64,000 nucleotides of DNA, taken from the NCBI GenBank assembly GCA_050014195.1, contig JBEKDT010000012.1, positions 1 to 64,000 of the forward strand, in the 5' to 3' direction. Shown piece after piece: positions 1-9,012 of the stretch. The number at the start of each line of letters is the position of its first letter. Within the stretch, counting starts at the first letter, position 1. This DNA comes from Desulfomonilia bacterium (GTDB lineage Bacteria > Desulfobacterota > Desulfomonilia > UBA1062). A program made the translations under genes and the position numbers. The notes below the pieces were generated by a model. That model worked only from the letters and a program-made list of their open reading frames with translations. It was not told the origin of the DNA and searched no databases.

Positions 1-133
1 AGATTGATTTGGAATATCAGTGTGTTGCATGATAACCATAGCAGATATTCTCTAAATCTCCAATGAGAAAATGCTCTTTTACTCAATTATTTCAACTAAC
101 TATACTTTCCGGATGGGCACTAGTTAGGTCTTA

Positions 134-160
134 GTGTCCACTTTTTCTGGGGAAGTCCCA
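134..160. mobile_element. Probable IS3-family terminal inverted repeat (IS end) interrupting an attC; transposase not in window
   Basis: GTGTCCACTTTTTCTGGGGAAGTCCCA ends in CA and resembles IS3/IS150-type ends; it abuts a half attC. Confidence 0.45.
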
Positions 161-185
161 AGTCCGCTGAAAACACAAGTTAGGT
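161..185 (-). other. Truncated attC site (R'' and left arm only)
   Basis: Minus strand ACCTAAC-ttgtgttTTCAGCGGAC begins 5 nt after the phosphatase stop; parallels the intact attC (TTCTAAC-aaacacaTTCACCGGAC). Confidence 0.55.
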
Positions 186-190
186 GTAGG

Positions 191-763
191 TTATTTTCCC
201 ACCTCTTTTCGTATTTTTTCAACGTCTACATTCACTATATACTGTATAATGCTGCTAGCAAATCCAGTATGGAATCCATAACCACCTTCCTTCATTTCCT
301 TAATTGCATTCTCTTTACTCCATCGTTGTTCTACGATTCTAAACATTGCAATCATAGCACCAGTTCTATCTGCACCGTGTAAGCAGTGCACTAAAAATGG
401 ACCATTCTCATTTTTTTGGATTATTTGCAGAAATTTTATTACGTCTTCATCTTCAACATGCAGCAAGGGATTTTCTTTTATTCTTATATAATTTAATCCT
501 GCCTCTTTGGCAGCTTTCTTCTCCTTCTTCTCCCAAATCTTATCCACCGACTCTAGGTTTATTATCGTCTTTATCCGCTTTGTTCCAAGATTCCTTATAC
601 CCTTTATGGTTGGCCGTTCGCTTCTATAAAGATTATCAGTGACCTTATATAAGTTACCAATTCCCGTCAATTTTTCCGGCGTTGCCCACTCTCCCGGGCG
701 CCCAGATTCCGCTGCCACAACGGATGACATAAAAACCAATACTAGGAAAATCGCTTTTTTCAT
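191..763 (-). CDS. Secreted protein-tyrosine/dual-specificity phosphatase (Siw14/IphP-like); gene cassette
   Basis: HCLHGADRTG P-loop, signal peptide, AAGGAGG RBS, starts about 30 nt after attC R'. Confidence 0.85.
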   Translation of the reverse strand: MKKAIFLVLVFMSSVVAAESGRPGEWATPEKLTGIGNLYKVTDNLYRSERPTIKGIRNLGTKRIKTIINLESVDKIWEKKEKKAAKEAGLNYIRIKENPLLHVEDEDVIKFLQIIQKNENGPFLVHCLHGADRTGAMIAMFRIVEQRWSKENAIKEMKEGGYGFHTGFASSIIQYIVNVDVEKIRKEVGK

Positions 764-793
764 ATGAGATACCTCCTTAAGATTAAATAATAG

Positions 794-850
794 GTATAAC
801 GTTCTGCCTCACCGGCGGCTTTAGCCGTCCGGTGAATGTGTTTGTTAGAA
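794..850 (-). other. Integron attC recombination site (57 bp)
   Basis: Minus strand TTCTAAC...TCACCGGACGGCTAAAGCCGCCGGTGA...GTTATAC: R''/R' boxes around an imperfect palindrome. Confidence 0.75.
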
Positions 851-873
851 AAGCATAGACTGTCACCTGTGTA

Positions 874-1010
874 CGGGCTGTGCCCAAACCAAAGTATCTA
901 GGCATGTGAGATATACTTGCGAAAAAGGCCTATGATTTTGCCATATTCAGAATGACCCGTTCCCGGAGATTTCACAAAGTCCTCCGAAATCAGCTTTGGG
1001 CAACAGCCCG
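874..1010. mobile_element. 137-bp MITE with 15/16-bp TIRs and TGTA target duplication
   Basis: CGGGCTGTGCCCAAA ... TTTGGGCAACAGCCCG, flanked by TGTA at 870-873 and 1011-1014. Confidence 0.7.
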
Positions 1011-1081
1011 TGTAGGCCTGACACCCACCCCCTCAAGGTGAGTCATGAGCAGATTTGACCCCTTTCATAATTTTGTTCCTA

Positions 1082-1954
1082 TCAAAAACTAAACAAAAAA
1101 CCACCTCGAAATTCAGTTTCTTTAATATTGTAAGAAACAATATTAACACCATAACCATGAGAGTATTGAAAAAATATTTTCGGTTGAAAATTAGCACTAA
1201 AAACCTTGCTGGTACTTTCTATCATATAATAACCCTTTCCTAACGGATTCCCCGTACATTTAAAGTTAAAACCTTGCTCCTTTATTATTTGCCAAAGGCT
1301 ATAAAAATGCTTCTCATTATCTTTCCAGTCGAATTTGTGTATATAATATAGCTTTGTTTCGTAATTATGGCGGTAATCATTTATGTCTTTATTTTGCGTG
1401 CTTTTGCTCCAATATCCAAATAGTCTTGGATTAATCCCAATTTCATTCTGTTCCTTGTCATCTGTATATGAAATATCAAACTCTCCGTAGAATTCGTTTA
1501 TACTCCTATGATCAGAGCCTTCAACACCTGTAGAACAGTGATAAATCGGGGCTATTTTTAAATATTTAAACGGACCTAAATTCAAATCTCGAAAACGATT
1601 CTTTGACTCGAACTTAAAGAATGCTTCTGGCTGGTAGTTGCTAGAAAATGTATCCCGACCGGAATAAACAGTCCACCAACTTGTCTGGGTATATGCAAAA
1701 AATGCTGAACTACCAACTATTTTAAAGAAGGTATTAATTTTATTGTCTTCTGGATTTTTATCTGGAATAAATAACTGATATTTAGCAGATAATTGAAATT
1801 TTATCTGATCATTATTGTCGCCAAACGTAATGTAATTATCCCTATATAAAGACATTGCAGTTTTGTTCTGAGTTGCTGAAACCTCTGTTTCTTCCGCATA
1901 GCAGACTGAAATTTGAAAAAGTAAAATAATAATAAATAGTTTATTCATTATCAT
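1082..1954 (-). CDS. pldA: Outer-membrane phospholipase A1 (OMPLA/PldA family)
   Basis: IKFQLSAK, FAYTQTSWW, NYQPE, HxSxG-type (HCSTG) motif, C-terminal Phe, signal peptide; AT-rich. Confidence 0.8.
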   Translation of the reverse strand: MIMNKLFIIILLFQISVCYAEETEVSATQNKTAMSLYRDNYITFGDNNDQIKFQLSAKYQLFIPDKNPEDNKINTFFKIVGSSAFFAYTQTSWWTVYSGRDTFSSNYQPEAFFKFESKNRFRDLNLGPFKYLKIAPIYHCSTGVEGSDHRSINEFYGEFDISYTDDKEQNEIGINPRLFGYWSKSTQNKDINDYRHNYETKLYYIHKFDWKDNEKHFYSLWQIIKEQGFNFKCTGNPLGKGYYMIESTSKVFSANFQPKIFFQYSHGYGVNIVSYNIKETEFRGGFLFSF

Positions 1955-2270
1955 TCTCTTTTCTCCTCTTTACGGGGTACCCGCGAAGCGTGGCACAAGA
2001 GGGAAATAAGATGACCCTGTATCTTCCTGCGGGGAATCATTTGATGGATGGCTTCTTCCACCTGCCAGGGGAGAGAAGGATACGGTCTGCACCCATGCGA
2101 TGAGATGGGGTGCTGGAGCAGAATAAAGCCATTAGGCCTTCCGGGATGAAAGCGTCAAGACTCCGTCTACAAAGGGTGGATTCGTGGAGGAGGTGTGGAC
2201 CCTCATTCGAGCTAGGCAGGCATTTGTCATTCCAATTCATGTGGTGTGCTGTAGAAACAACTATACTGCA

Positions 2271-2300
2271 ATTATAACAAGAAGAAGTGATAGTTGTCAA
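2271..2300 (-). promoter_or_regulatory. Consensus sigma70 promoter TTGACA-N18-TATAAT with extended -10 TG, facing the cassette array
   Basis: Exact hexamers on minus strand; overlapped by ACAACTAT/ATAGTTGT inverted repeat (2257-2297). Confidence 0.65.
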
Positions 2301-2511
2301 ATGATTTAAGGGAAGGGCAGGTGGGTTGCGCTTAAGCCCGTGGGTCGTACGGAATACGCACATGAAGGGCATCCGCAATCTTGAATCGGATACCTGTGCA
2401 GACAGACATGTTCAACGCAGGTATTGCCTCGGCGTATACAGAACACCAATATAAGAAAGGCCGCTTTCATGGGAATATGGAAAGGCAATCTCTTAAAAAA
2501 TTGAGGTGAAA

Positions 2512-4050
2512 ATGAACGGAGCCGAATCGATCATTCAATCCGCAAGGTCCTGCGGCATTGATGTATGTTTTGCCAACCCGGGAACCACCGAGATCCCTTT
2601 GGTCGCTGCGTTGGATGCCGTGGGAGGAATCAGGCCGGTCCTCTGCCTGTTTGAAGGCGTGTGCACCGGTGCAGCGGACGGGTATGCACGGATGCTGGAC
2701 AAACCGGCCATGGTGCTGCTCCACCTGGGTGTCGGCCTGGCGAACGGAACATCAAACCTCCATAATGCACGCAGGGCACATACACCCATCGTTGTTGTGG
2801 TAGGCGAGCACGCCACGTGGCATCGTCCTTTAGACCCGCCGCTCGCCATGAATATCGAATCAATCGCATCCACCACCTCCGGATGGCTGCGCACATGCAG
2901 AGCGGATTCCCTTCTGGGCCGGGATATGGCGGATGCGGTCTCGGCTGCCCTTGAAGGACAGGTGGCCATTCTGATTGTGCCGTATGATCTCCAGATGAAG
3001 GGGTGCGAAGAAAAAATGGTCACTCTCAAGGCCCCTTATCGCGAAGAGGTCGACCATGCGAAGATCGAGGAAGCATTCGGAATTTTGGGCACAGGCACCA
3101 GGACAGCCCTTGTGCTTGGCGGCAAGGCACTCAGGAAAGATGGGCTCATGGCTGCCGCGCGCATCAGATCCGCATGCGGATGCGACCTTCTGTCCGAGGG
3201 TTTTCCCGCACGGATGGAGCGGGGTGCAGGCCTGCCCGATGTTACCCGCATACCCTATCTACCCGAGCCTGCGCTGGAGCTTCTTTCGCACTATGATGCG
3301 CTGGTCTTCGCAGGTGCCAATGAGCCCGTATCATTCTTCGGTTATGCCGGTGTGCCGGGGCGGCTTGTCAATGATAGTCAGAAGATGGTGCACTTGACGG
3401 AACCGGGGCATGATGCCACGGAAGGTCTGACTTTATTAGCCCATAGCCTAGGTGCCCCTGAAAGTCCGTCTCATGGCAATCTTGAGCCACGATCGAAGCC
3501 TGACTTGCCCACCGGCCCCCTGAGCGGGGAGAAGGCATGTGCAATGATTGCCGCCCTCCAGCCCGAAGGGGCGATTGTCGTGGATGAGTCCATCACGAAC
3601 AGTATCTCCTATTACCCCGCAACCAAAGGGGCAAGGCCTTTTACCCTCCTCACCCTTACCGGAGGGTCTTTAGGCCAGGGGCCGGCCTGCGCAGTGGGGG
3701 CCGCAATTGCATGTCCTGACAGGCCCGTGATCAATATCCAGGCGGACGGTGCGGCCATGTACACCATGCAGGCCCTCTGGACACAATCACGGGAGGATTT
3801 GAATGTGACCACATTGATCTTCTCCAACAAAAGCTATGACATATTGAAATATGAGCTGGCACGGTACGGTGTTGACAAACCCGGTCCACACGCCTCCAGG
3901 CTGACGGATCTTACAGGGATTGACTGGGTCTGCCTGGGTAAGGGCATGGGTGTGGCCTCCACTGCAGTAAACACAGCCTCGGAGCTGGAGTCTGAATTTT
4001 CAAAGGCCCTTGAAGAACAGGGCCCCCACCTGATCCAGATGAACCTCTAG
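2512..4050 (+). CDS. ThDP-dependent enzyme, acetolactate synthase large subunit/benzoylformate decarboxylase-like
   Basis: FANPGTTE, EGVCTGAADGYAR, ADGAAMYT...N ThDP motif. Confidence 0.85.
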   Translation: MNGAESIIQSARSCGIDVCFANPGTTEIPLVAALDAVGGIRPVLCLFEGVCTGAADGYARMLDKPAMVLLHLGVGLANGTSNLHNARRAHTPIVVVVGEHATWHRPLDPPLAMNIESIASTTSGWLRTCRADSLLGRDMADAVSAALEGQVAILIVPYDLQMKGCEEKMVTLKAPYREEVDHAKIEEAFGILGTGTRTALVLGGKALRKDGLMAAARIRSACGCDLLSEGFPARMERGAGLPDVTRIPYLPEPALELLSHYDALVFAGANEPVSFFGYAGVPGRLVNDSQKMVHLTEPGHDATEGLTLLAHSLGAPESPSHGNLEPRSKPDLPTGPLSGEKACAMIAALQPEGAIVVDESITNSISYYPATKGARPFTLLTLTGGSLGQGPACAVGAAIACPDRPVINIQADGAAMYTMQALWTQSREDLNVTTLIFSNKSYDILKYELARYGVDKPGPHASRLTDLTGIDWVCLGKGMGVASTAVNTASELESEFSKALEEQGPHLIQMNL

Positions 4051-4258
4051 GATTACGGGCGGTTCCTATAGTTACGGTATCGAGCTGCCACGGAAGGGCA
4101 CTTGCTGCACTGCATGTCTGCTGTGTGCAGGGAAGATCCCTTTTGGATAGTATTGATGCCGGAATACCCCGGCAGCCGTTACCGAGTGATCCTATAAGGA
4201 GAATCAGAACAACAATGACCCCGATGAATGCAATCATAACCCGAAACCAGGAACGCAT
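3911..4258 (-). CDS. Possible small membrane-anchored protein or remnant, divergent from the WYL gene
   Basis: AAGGAGG RBS, hydrophobic N-terminus; 3' end overlaps the ThDP gene by 140 nt. Confidence 0.3.
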   Translation of the reverse strand: MRSWFRVMIAFIGVIVVLILLIGSLGNGCRGIPASILSKRDLPCTQQTCSAASALPWQLDTVTIGTARNPRGSSGSGGGPVLQGPLKIQTPAPRLCLLQWRPHPCPYPGRPSQSL

Positions 4259-4348
4259 GACAGATACCTCCTTCCCTTTGGCTTGGCAGGATGGTACCAT
4301 GGCATCGTTCCATACCGCGGAATCCAATTGCACGATGAGGAATATTTT

Positions 4349-5368
4349 ATGCCTGAAAAAATAAGCCCTTATGCATCATACGGAGAAAAGATCATCAAGC
4401 TCTTTGCAAAGCTGCTTTTCTCCGGGCAGAGTTATTCACTCACCGAGCTGAGCCGCATGCTCGTCTGCTCGAAACAGACAGTGCTCAGGCTCATGGATGA
4501 TATACGCCGCTCCTATGGTGTTGAGATCGAAGAGACCGTGATTGAGCGGAACAAGTTCTACCGGATCAAGAAACCGGGCAGGGTGCCTCCGGCCCTTGCA
4601 CTCACGGGTGGTGAGATGAGCGTTCTGCTCATGTGCCAGGCCTTTGCAAGACATCTCTTGGGGGATGTCTTGTTTGAAGAGGCATCAACCGCCATTGAAA
4701 AGAACCGCGCACTCTCAGGCCCCTTGTCTGATAATGCAGGGCACCATTTTACCTCCTATAAACCCGGCAGCATTGATTACACCCCGCACGAGGAGAGCAT
4801 CAAGACACTGCTCAAGGCCATGGAGCAAAAGAAAATCTGTAAGGTGGCATATCGCTCACTCCTTTCCAGAGCGTCCAAGACCTTCCTCATCATGCCCCTG
4901 AAGATCTTCTCCCACAACGACTCCATGTATCTGAGTGCCAGATATGCAGGCAAACCGGGCAAGCGCGACGAACGGCGCGAATACGATCCGCTCCTGGCCA
5001 TACACCGGTTGAAACGCCTGGAGATGACGGAGCAGTCCTTCGAGTTTCCCAAGGACTATGATTTTGAGCAGATCTACAACCGGAATTTCGGTATCATGAA
5101 AAGCAGTACCTTCGAGGTTGAGGTGGAGTTCACCGGGTTGTCCGCCCGGTATGTCTCGGAGAGGATGTGGAGCCCCGACCAGCGCATACGCCGCATGAAT
5201 GATTCCACCATAAGGATAGTATTCAGTGCATCCTCGGCACAGGAGCTTATCTCATGGGTGCTGTCTTTTGGGAGTGAGGCCCGACTCATAAGGCCTCAGA
5301 TGCTTGTTGAGAACTTGAAAGGTATGTTAATGAAGATGGAAACACGGTATATTGATGGCTCAAGTTAA
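4349..5368 (+). CDS. HTH-WYL-WCX transcriptional regulator (PafB/C, BrxR-like architecture)
   Basis: N-terminal wHTH (SKQTVLR), WYL-like core (SMYLSA...IHRL), WCX motif WVLSFGSEA. Confidence 0.85.
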   Translation: MPEKISPYASYGEKIIKLFAKLLFSGQSYSLTELSRMLVCSKQTVLRLMDDIRRSYGVEIEETVIERNKFYRIKKPGRVPPALALTGGEMSVLLMCQAFARHLLGDVLFEEASTAIEKNRALSGPLSDNAGHHFTSYKPGSIDYTPHEESIKTLLKAMEQKKICKVAYRSLLSRASKTFLIMPLKIFSHNDSMYLSARYAGKPGKRDERREYDPLLAIHRLKRLEMTEQSFEFPKDYDFEQIYNRNFGIMKSSTFEVEVEFTGLSARYVSERMWSPDQRIRRMNDSTIRIVFSASSAQELISWVLSFGSEARLIRPQMLVENLKGMLMKMETRYIDGSS

Positions 5369-5454
5369 AGAGAAGTTCTTGATTTGTATCATGCACTGAA
5401 ATGTCACCTTGCACCAAACAGGTGATGCCCTTATTCCTATAGGAGGAGGCTTCT

Positions 5455-6051
5455 ATGAATCTTCCAAAGCCCAAGTCGGATGGAAGTATCTCTGTGGAAA
5501 AGGCCATCAGGACAAGGCGGACCGTGCGCTCGTTTACTCCAAGACAGCTTAAGCCGGAGCAGCTCTCACAGCTTTTGTGGTCGGCGCAGGGTATTACCGA
5601 AGATGGCGGGCACAAGAGGGCAGCCCCGTCCGCGGGTGCGCTCTATCCCATGGACGTCTTCGTGGTAGTGGGTCATGAGGCGGTGGATGATATCACACAG
5701 GGGATATACCACTATGAGCCCACGTTACACGTAACGAGCCTCATTGCAGAAGGTGATCACCGGGACGAGCTTGCAGCGGCCTCGCTTTCCCAGCTCTGGA
5801 TAGCCCAGGCACCGGTGAGTATCGTCATATGTGCGAAATACGACAGGATCATTGGCAAATATGGGGAGAGGGGCGAGCGCTACGCCTTGATGGAATCGGG
5901 ACATATCGCGCAAAACATCTTTCTCCAGGCCGGTGCGTTGGGATTAGCGGCAGGGATAGTCGGGGCGTTTATCGACAAGGACGTGAAGAAGGTCCTGAAG
6001 ACGGATACAGCCCATGAGCCGTTGCTCATCATGCCGGTGGGATACCACTAA
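5455..6051 (+). CDS. SagB/ThcOx-type nitroreductase
   Basis: RRTVRSF, RAAPSAGALYP, ESGHIAQN. Confidence 0.9.
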   Translation: MNLPKPKSDGSISVEKAIRTRRTVRSFTPRQLKPEQLSQLLWSAQGITEDGGHKRAAPSAGALYPMDVFVVVGHEAVDDITQGIYHYEPTLHVTSLIAEGDHRDELAAASLSQLWIAQAPVSIVICAKYDRIIGKYGERGERYALMESGHIAQNIFLQAGALGLAAGIVGAFIDKDVKKVLKTDTAHEPLLIMPVGYH

Positions 6052-6062
6052 ACATTTTTCAA

Positions 6063-6923
6063 TTATTGAAGGAACTCGGTGATGAAGCGGTTGACCTTCT
6101 CAGGGGCCTCCTCATGTGCCGAGTGGCCGCAATCCTTGATGATCTCCACCTTGATGTTCTTGATCTTTTCCTTGAACCTGCCTGCAAGCCCTACATCAAG
6201 ATAGAGGTCCTGCTCTCCCCAGATGAGAAGGACCCGATGGTTGAGATTCTCCAGGCGCCTCTCGATAAGGCTCCATGAGAGGTTCCGGGCGAGCAGGGTC
6301 TGGGCCTTGCGGTTTGCAGGGATCTTCATGGGAAGGTGCACCTCACGGGCCATGGCATCATCCACCATACCCTTGTGGACAAAGGAAAGCTCAAGCCTCT
6401 TCCTGACCATGTCAGGGGTGAGGAATCTCAGGAGCATGCCTCCGATAACAGGCACCTTCAGGAGTTCCCACTCCGGTACATCCGGCACATCCAGGCCGCT
6501 GGAGTCGATGAGCACTAACCTGTCCACCCTCTCGGGATATGCCAGTGCATAGGCCAGGGCCCAACCCCCGCCCCAGGAGTGGCCGACGAGAGTCGCCTTG
6601 TCGATATGTAGCCCGTCCATGAATTCCCTGACGGCAAGGATCATGGTATCGAGCCCTATGGGAAGGGTATGGTCGACAATGCTTGTAAAGCCGTACCCCG
6701 GCATGTCCAGGGCATATACAGAGGATATCTCAGACAGCGGGCCTATGTTATGCCTGAACGAATAGAGCCACACGCCTCCGCCATGGATAAGGATCAAGGG
6801 CAGGCCGGAACCTGCATGGAGGAAATGAATACGGAAATGTCCGGTACTGAGAAATGACGATGCATGTGCCTGAAGGTATTTAGATCGCTCCATGAGCCGA
6901 TCAATGGATGTGTTCATGAACAA
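6063..6923 (-). CDS. Alpha/beta-fold hydrolase
   Basis: DMPGYG, GHSWGG nucleophile elbow, WGEQD, CGHSAHEE. Confidence 0.9.
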   Translation of the reverse strand: MFMNTSIDRLMERSKYLQAHASSFLSTGHFRIHFLHAGSGLPLILIHGGGVWLYSFRHNIGPLSEISSVYALDMPGYGFTSIVDHTLPIGLDTMILAVREFMDGLHIDKATLVGHSWGGGWALAYALAYPERVDRLVLIDSSGLDVPDVPEWELLKVPVIGGMLLRFLTPDMVRKRLELSFVHKGMVDDAMAREVHLPMKIPANRKAQTLLARNLSWSLIERRLENLNHRVLLIWGEQDLYLDVGLAGRFKEKIKNIKVEIIKDCGHSAHEEAPEKVNRFITEFLQ

Positions 6924-6971
6924 CTTATACGCACCTTATATCATGTTATAAAATGTTTTTTTCTTGGGATC

Positions 6972-7009
6972 TTGACAGAAGACTCGTGGATTGTAATACA
7001 TGGTAATAC
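6972..7009 (+). promoter_or_regulatory. TTGACA plus GTAATAC direct repeats 10 bp apart; candidate operator of the RHH regulator
   Basis: GTAATAC at 6993-6999 and 7003-7009. Confidence 0.35.
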
Positions 7010-7038
7010 CGCATCGGATTACAGGAGGAATTGAATCA

Positions 7039-7293
7039 ATGAAAAAACAGGGGATCATCACCTTCAAGGTGGATGAAGGGCTCTATGATGTGATCAGGAA
7101 TATCCCGAACCGGTCCGAATTCATCAGGAATGCATTACTGTCGGCACTCGGGAACATCTGCCCCCTGTGCAACGGCACCGGTATTTTATCACCGAATCAA
7201 AAACAGCACTGGGACGAGTTTGCAGCAGACCACCAGGTACAGACCTGCCAGAAGTGCCAGGAACGATACCTGGTATGTGTGAGCGGACACTGA
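7039..7293 (+). CDS. CopG/ribbon-helix-helix regulator with Cys-rich metal-binding C-terminus
   Basis: ITFKVD...NRSEFIR RHH pattern; CPLC, CQKC, C; AGGAGG RBS. Confidence 0.8.
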   Translation: MKKQGIITFKVDEGLYDVIRNIPNRSEFIRNALLSALGNICPLCNGTGILSPNQKQHWDEFAADHQVQTCQKCQERYLVCVSGH

Positions 7294-7300
7294 GGGACAA

Positions 7301-7426
7301 GTGAATGGGACAAAGAGCAAGATGGCCCATAATGTGACCAAGGATCAATTTGAGAAAGGCGTTTCTTTCATGGATATTCTTAAAGGTGATCTTGATAATC
7401 TGAAGACCGGGCTTGGGTGCAGATAA
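7301..7426 (+). pseudogene. znuA: Remnant (C-terminal about 35 aa) of a ZnuA-type solute-binding protein gene
   Basis: Translates to AHNVTKDQFEKGVSFMDILKGDLDNLKTGLGCR*, like the ZnuA C-terminal helix; ends 1 nt before znuC. Confidence 0.6.
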
Positions 7427-7427
7427 C

Positions 7428-8180
7428 ATGAATCCCGTTTTATCGATAAAAAGATTATGCTCGGGTTACGGGCCGGTTGAAGTGCTCCACAATATAACTT
7501 TTGCCGTGGAAAAGGACGACTATATCGCCCTGGCCGGACCCAATGGCGCGGGCAAAACCACGCTTGTCAAAACAATCCTTGGGTTAATGGACAAATATAC
7601 CGGTACGGCAGAGGTATTCGGCCAGGACATAAGAGGTTTTAAACGGTGGGACCGTATCGGGTATCTGCCCCAGAGGGTGAATGCCTTCAATCCGCTTTTA
7701 CCGGCCATGGTAAGAGAAGTGGTCGGCCTGGGTTTATTATCTCAAAAGCACTTCCCGAAAAATTTCACCAAGAATGATGCGGTCAGCATCAGACAGACCC
7801 TTGACTTAATGGACATCGCCGATCTCACGGACAAGCCGATCGGGGAACTTTCCATCGGCCAGCAACAGCGCGTATTTCTGGCTCGATCCCTGGTGTCCAA
7901 TCCGGAACTTCTCATCTTGGACGAGCCGAGCACTGCCTTGGACCCGGTTTCGCGGGAGAGTTTCTTCGAGCTTTTAAAAAAACTCAATGTAAGTAAGGGG
8001 ATCACGATCATTCTGATCACCCATGACACGGCACAAATCGGAAAATATGCCAACAAGCTCCTGTATCTGGATAAGAAGGTCGTTTTTTACGGGAGCTTCT
8101 CCGACTTCTGCAAGTCTGAGGAAATGAGCCGATACTTCGGTCATTTTTCCCAGCATTTAATTTGCCATCAGCATGATTAA
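7428..8180 (+). CDS. znuC: Zn/Mn ABC transporter ATPase
   Basis: GPNGAGKT, IGYLPQ, LSIGQQQRV, LILDEP, His-rich tail. Confidence 0.9.
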   Translation: MNPVLSIKRLCSGYGPVEVLHNITFAVEKDDYIALAGPNGAGKTTLVKTILGLMDKYTGTAEVFGQDIRGFKRWDRIGYLPQRVNAFNPLLPAMVREVVGLGLLSQKHFPKNFTKNDAVSIRQTLDLMDIADLTDKPIGELSIGQQQRVFLARSLVSNPELLILDEPSTALDPVSRESFFELLKKLNVSKGITIILITHDTAQIGKYANKLLYLDKKVVFYGSFSDFCKSEEMSRYFGHFSQHLICHQHD

Positions 8181-8994
8181 TATAACCGTACTTCACTTTC
8201 TCCATTACGCCTTCATCCAGAAGGCATATCTCGCCGGGACCTTTATCGCCGTGCTCTGCGCCATGCTCGGTCTCTTTTTGGTATTACGGAAACTTTCATT
8301 GATCGGCGACGGCCTTTCCCATGTCAGCTTCGGGGCGATTGCGCTGGGGCTCTTCTTCGGTATTTATCCTTTTTATGTTGCGATCCCCGTAGTCCTCATC
8401 GGTTCTTATGTTATCTTAAGACTTACCGAAAGAGCCAGGATCTACGGTGATGCAGCCATCGGCATCGTCTCATCGCTAGGGATTGCAGGCGGTGTCATCC
8501 TGGCCAGCGTGTCAAAGGGGTTCAATGTCGATCTGTTCAGTTATTTATTCGGGAACATATTGGCCATCAGCAATCAGGAAGTTTATTTATCGCTGGGTCT
8601 CTCTATAGCCGTCCTGTTGATCATCATATTGCTCTATAATGATTTGTTCTCCGTTACCTTCGATGAAGAATTCGCCAAGATCACCGGGGTTAAAACCGAG
8701 CGTATCAATCTGGTTTTGACCTTTCTTACCGCCATAACGGTTGTCCTGGCCATCAAGGTGGTCGGCATCATGCTGATCTCGGCCCTGCTGATCCTGCCGG
8801 CGGTTACCGCCCTGCAGGTCGCCAGAGGTTTTAAGGGGGCTATGCTGATCGCTGTGCTTGATGCAGTCATATCGGTCTTGTTCGGGATTACCCTGTCTTT
8901 CTTATTGGATATACCGGCCGGTGCGACGATAGTCATGATCAATATGATGTTTTTTTCTGCAGCCTTATTGTACAAAAAGATCACCAAGGTGTAA
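8173..8994 (+). CDS. znuB: Zn/Mn ABC transporter permease
   Basis: GDGLSH, YLFGNIL, VGIMLISALL motifs. Confidence 0.9.
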   Translation: MINITVLHFLHYAFIQKAYLAGTFIAVLCAMLGLFLVLRKLSLIGDGLSHVSFGAIALGLFFGIYPFYVAIPVVLIGSYVILRLTERARIYGDAAIGIVSSLGIAGGVILASVSKGFNVDLFSYLFGNILAISNQEVYLSLGLSIAVLLIIILLYNDLFSVTFDEEFAKITGVKTERINLVLTFLTAITVVLAIKVVGIMLISALLILPAVTALQVARGFKGAMLIAVLDAVISVLFGITLSFLLDIPAGATIVMINMMFFSAALLYKKITKV

Positions 8995-9012
8995 TCTTGA
9001 TGTAAGGGATGA

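Noticed and set aside
1955-2000. Possible attC/attI upstream of pldA (CGCTTCGCG)
   Set aside because: No convincing R''/R' boxes or paired arms.
2037-2378. 113-aa minus-strand ORF
   Set aside because: No RBS or motif, atypical composition, and it spans the predicted promoter.
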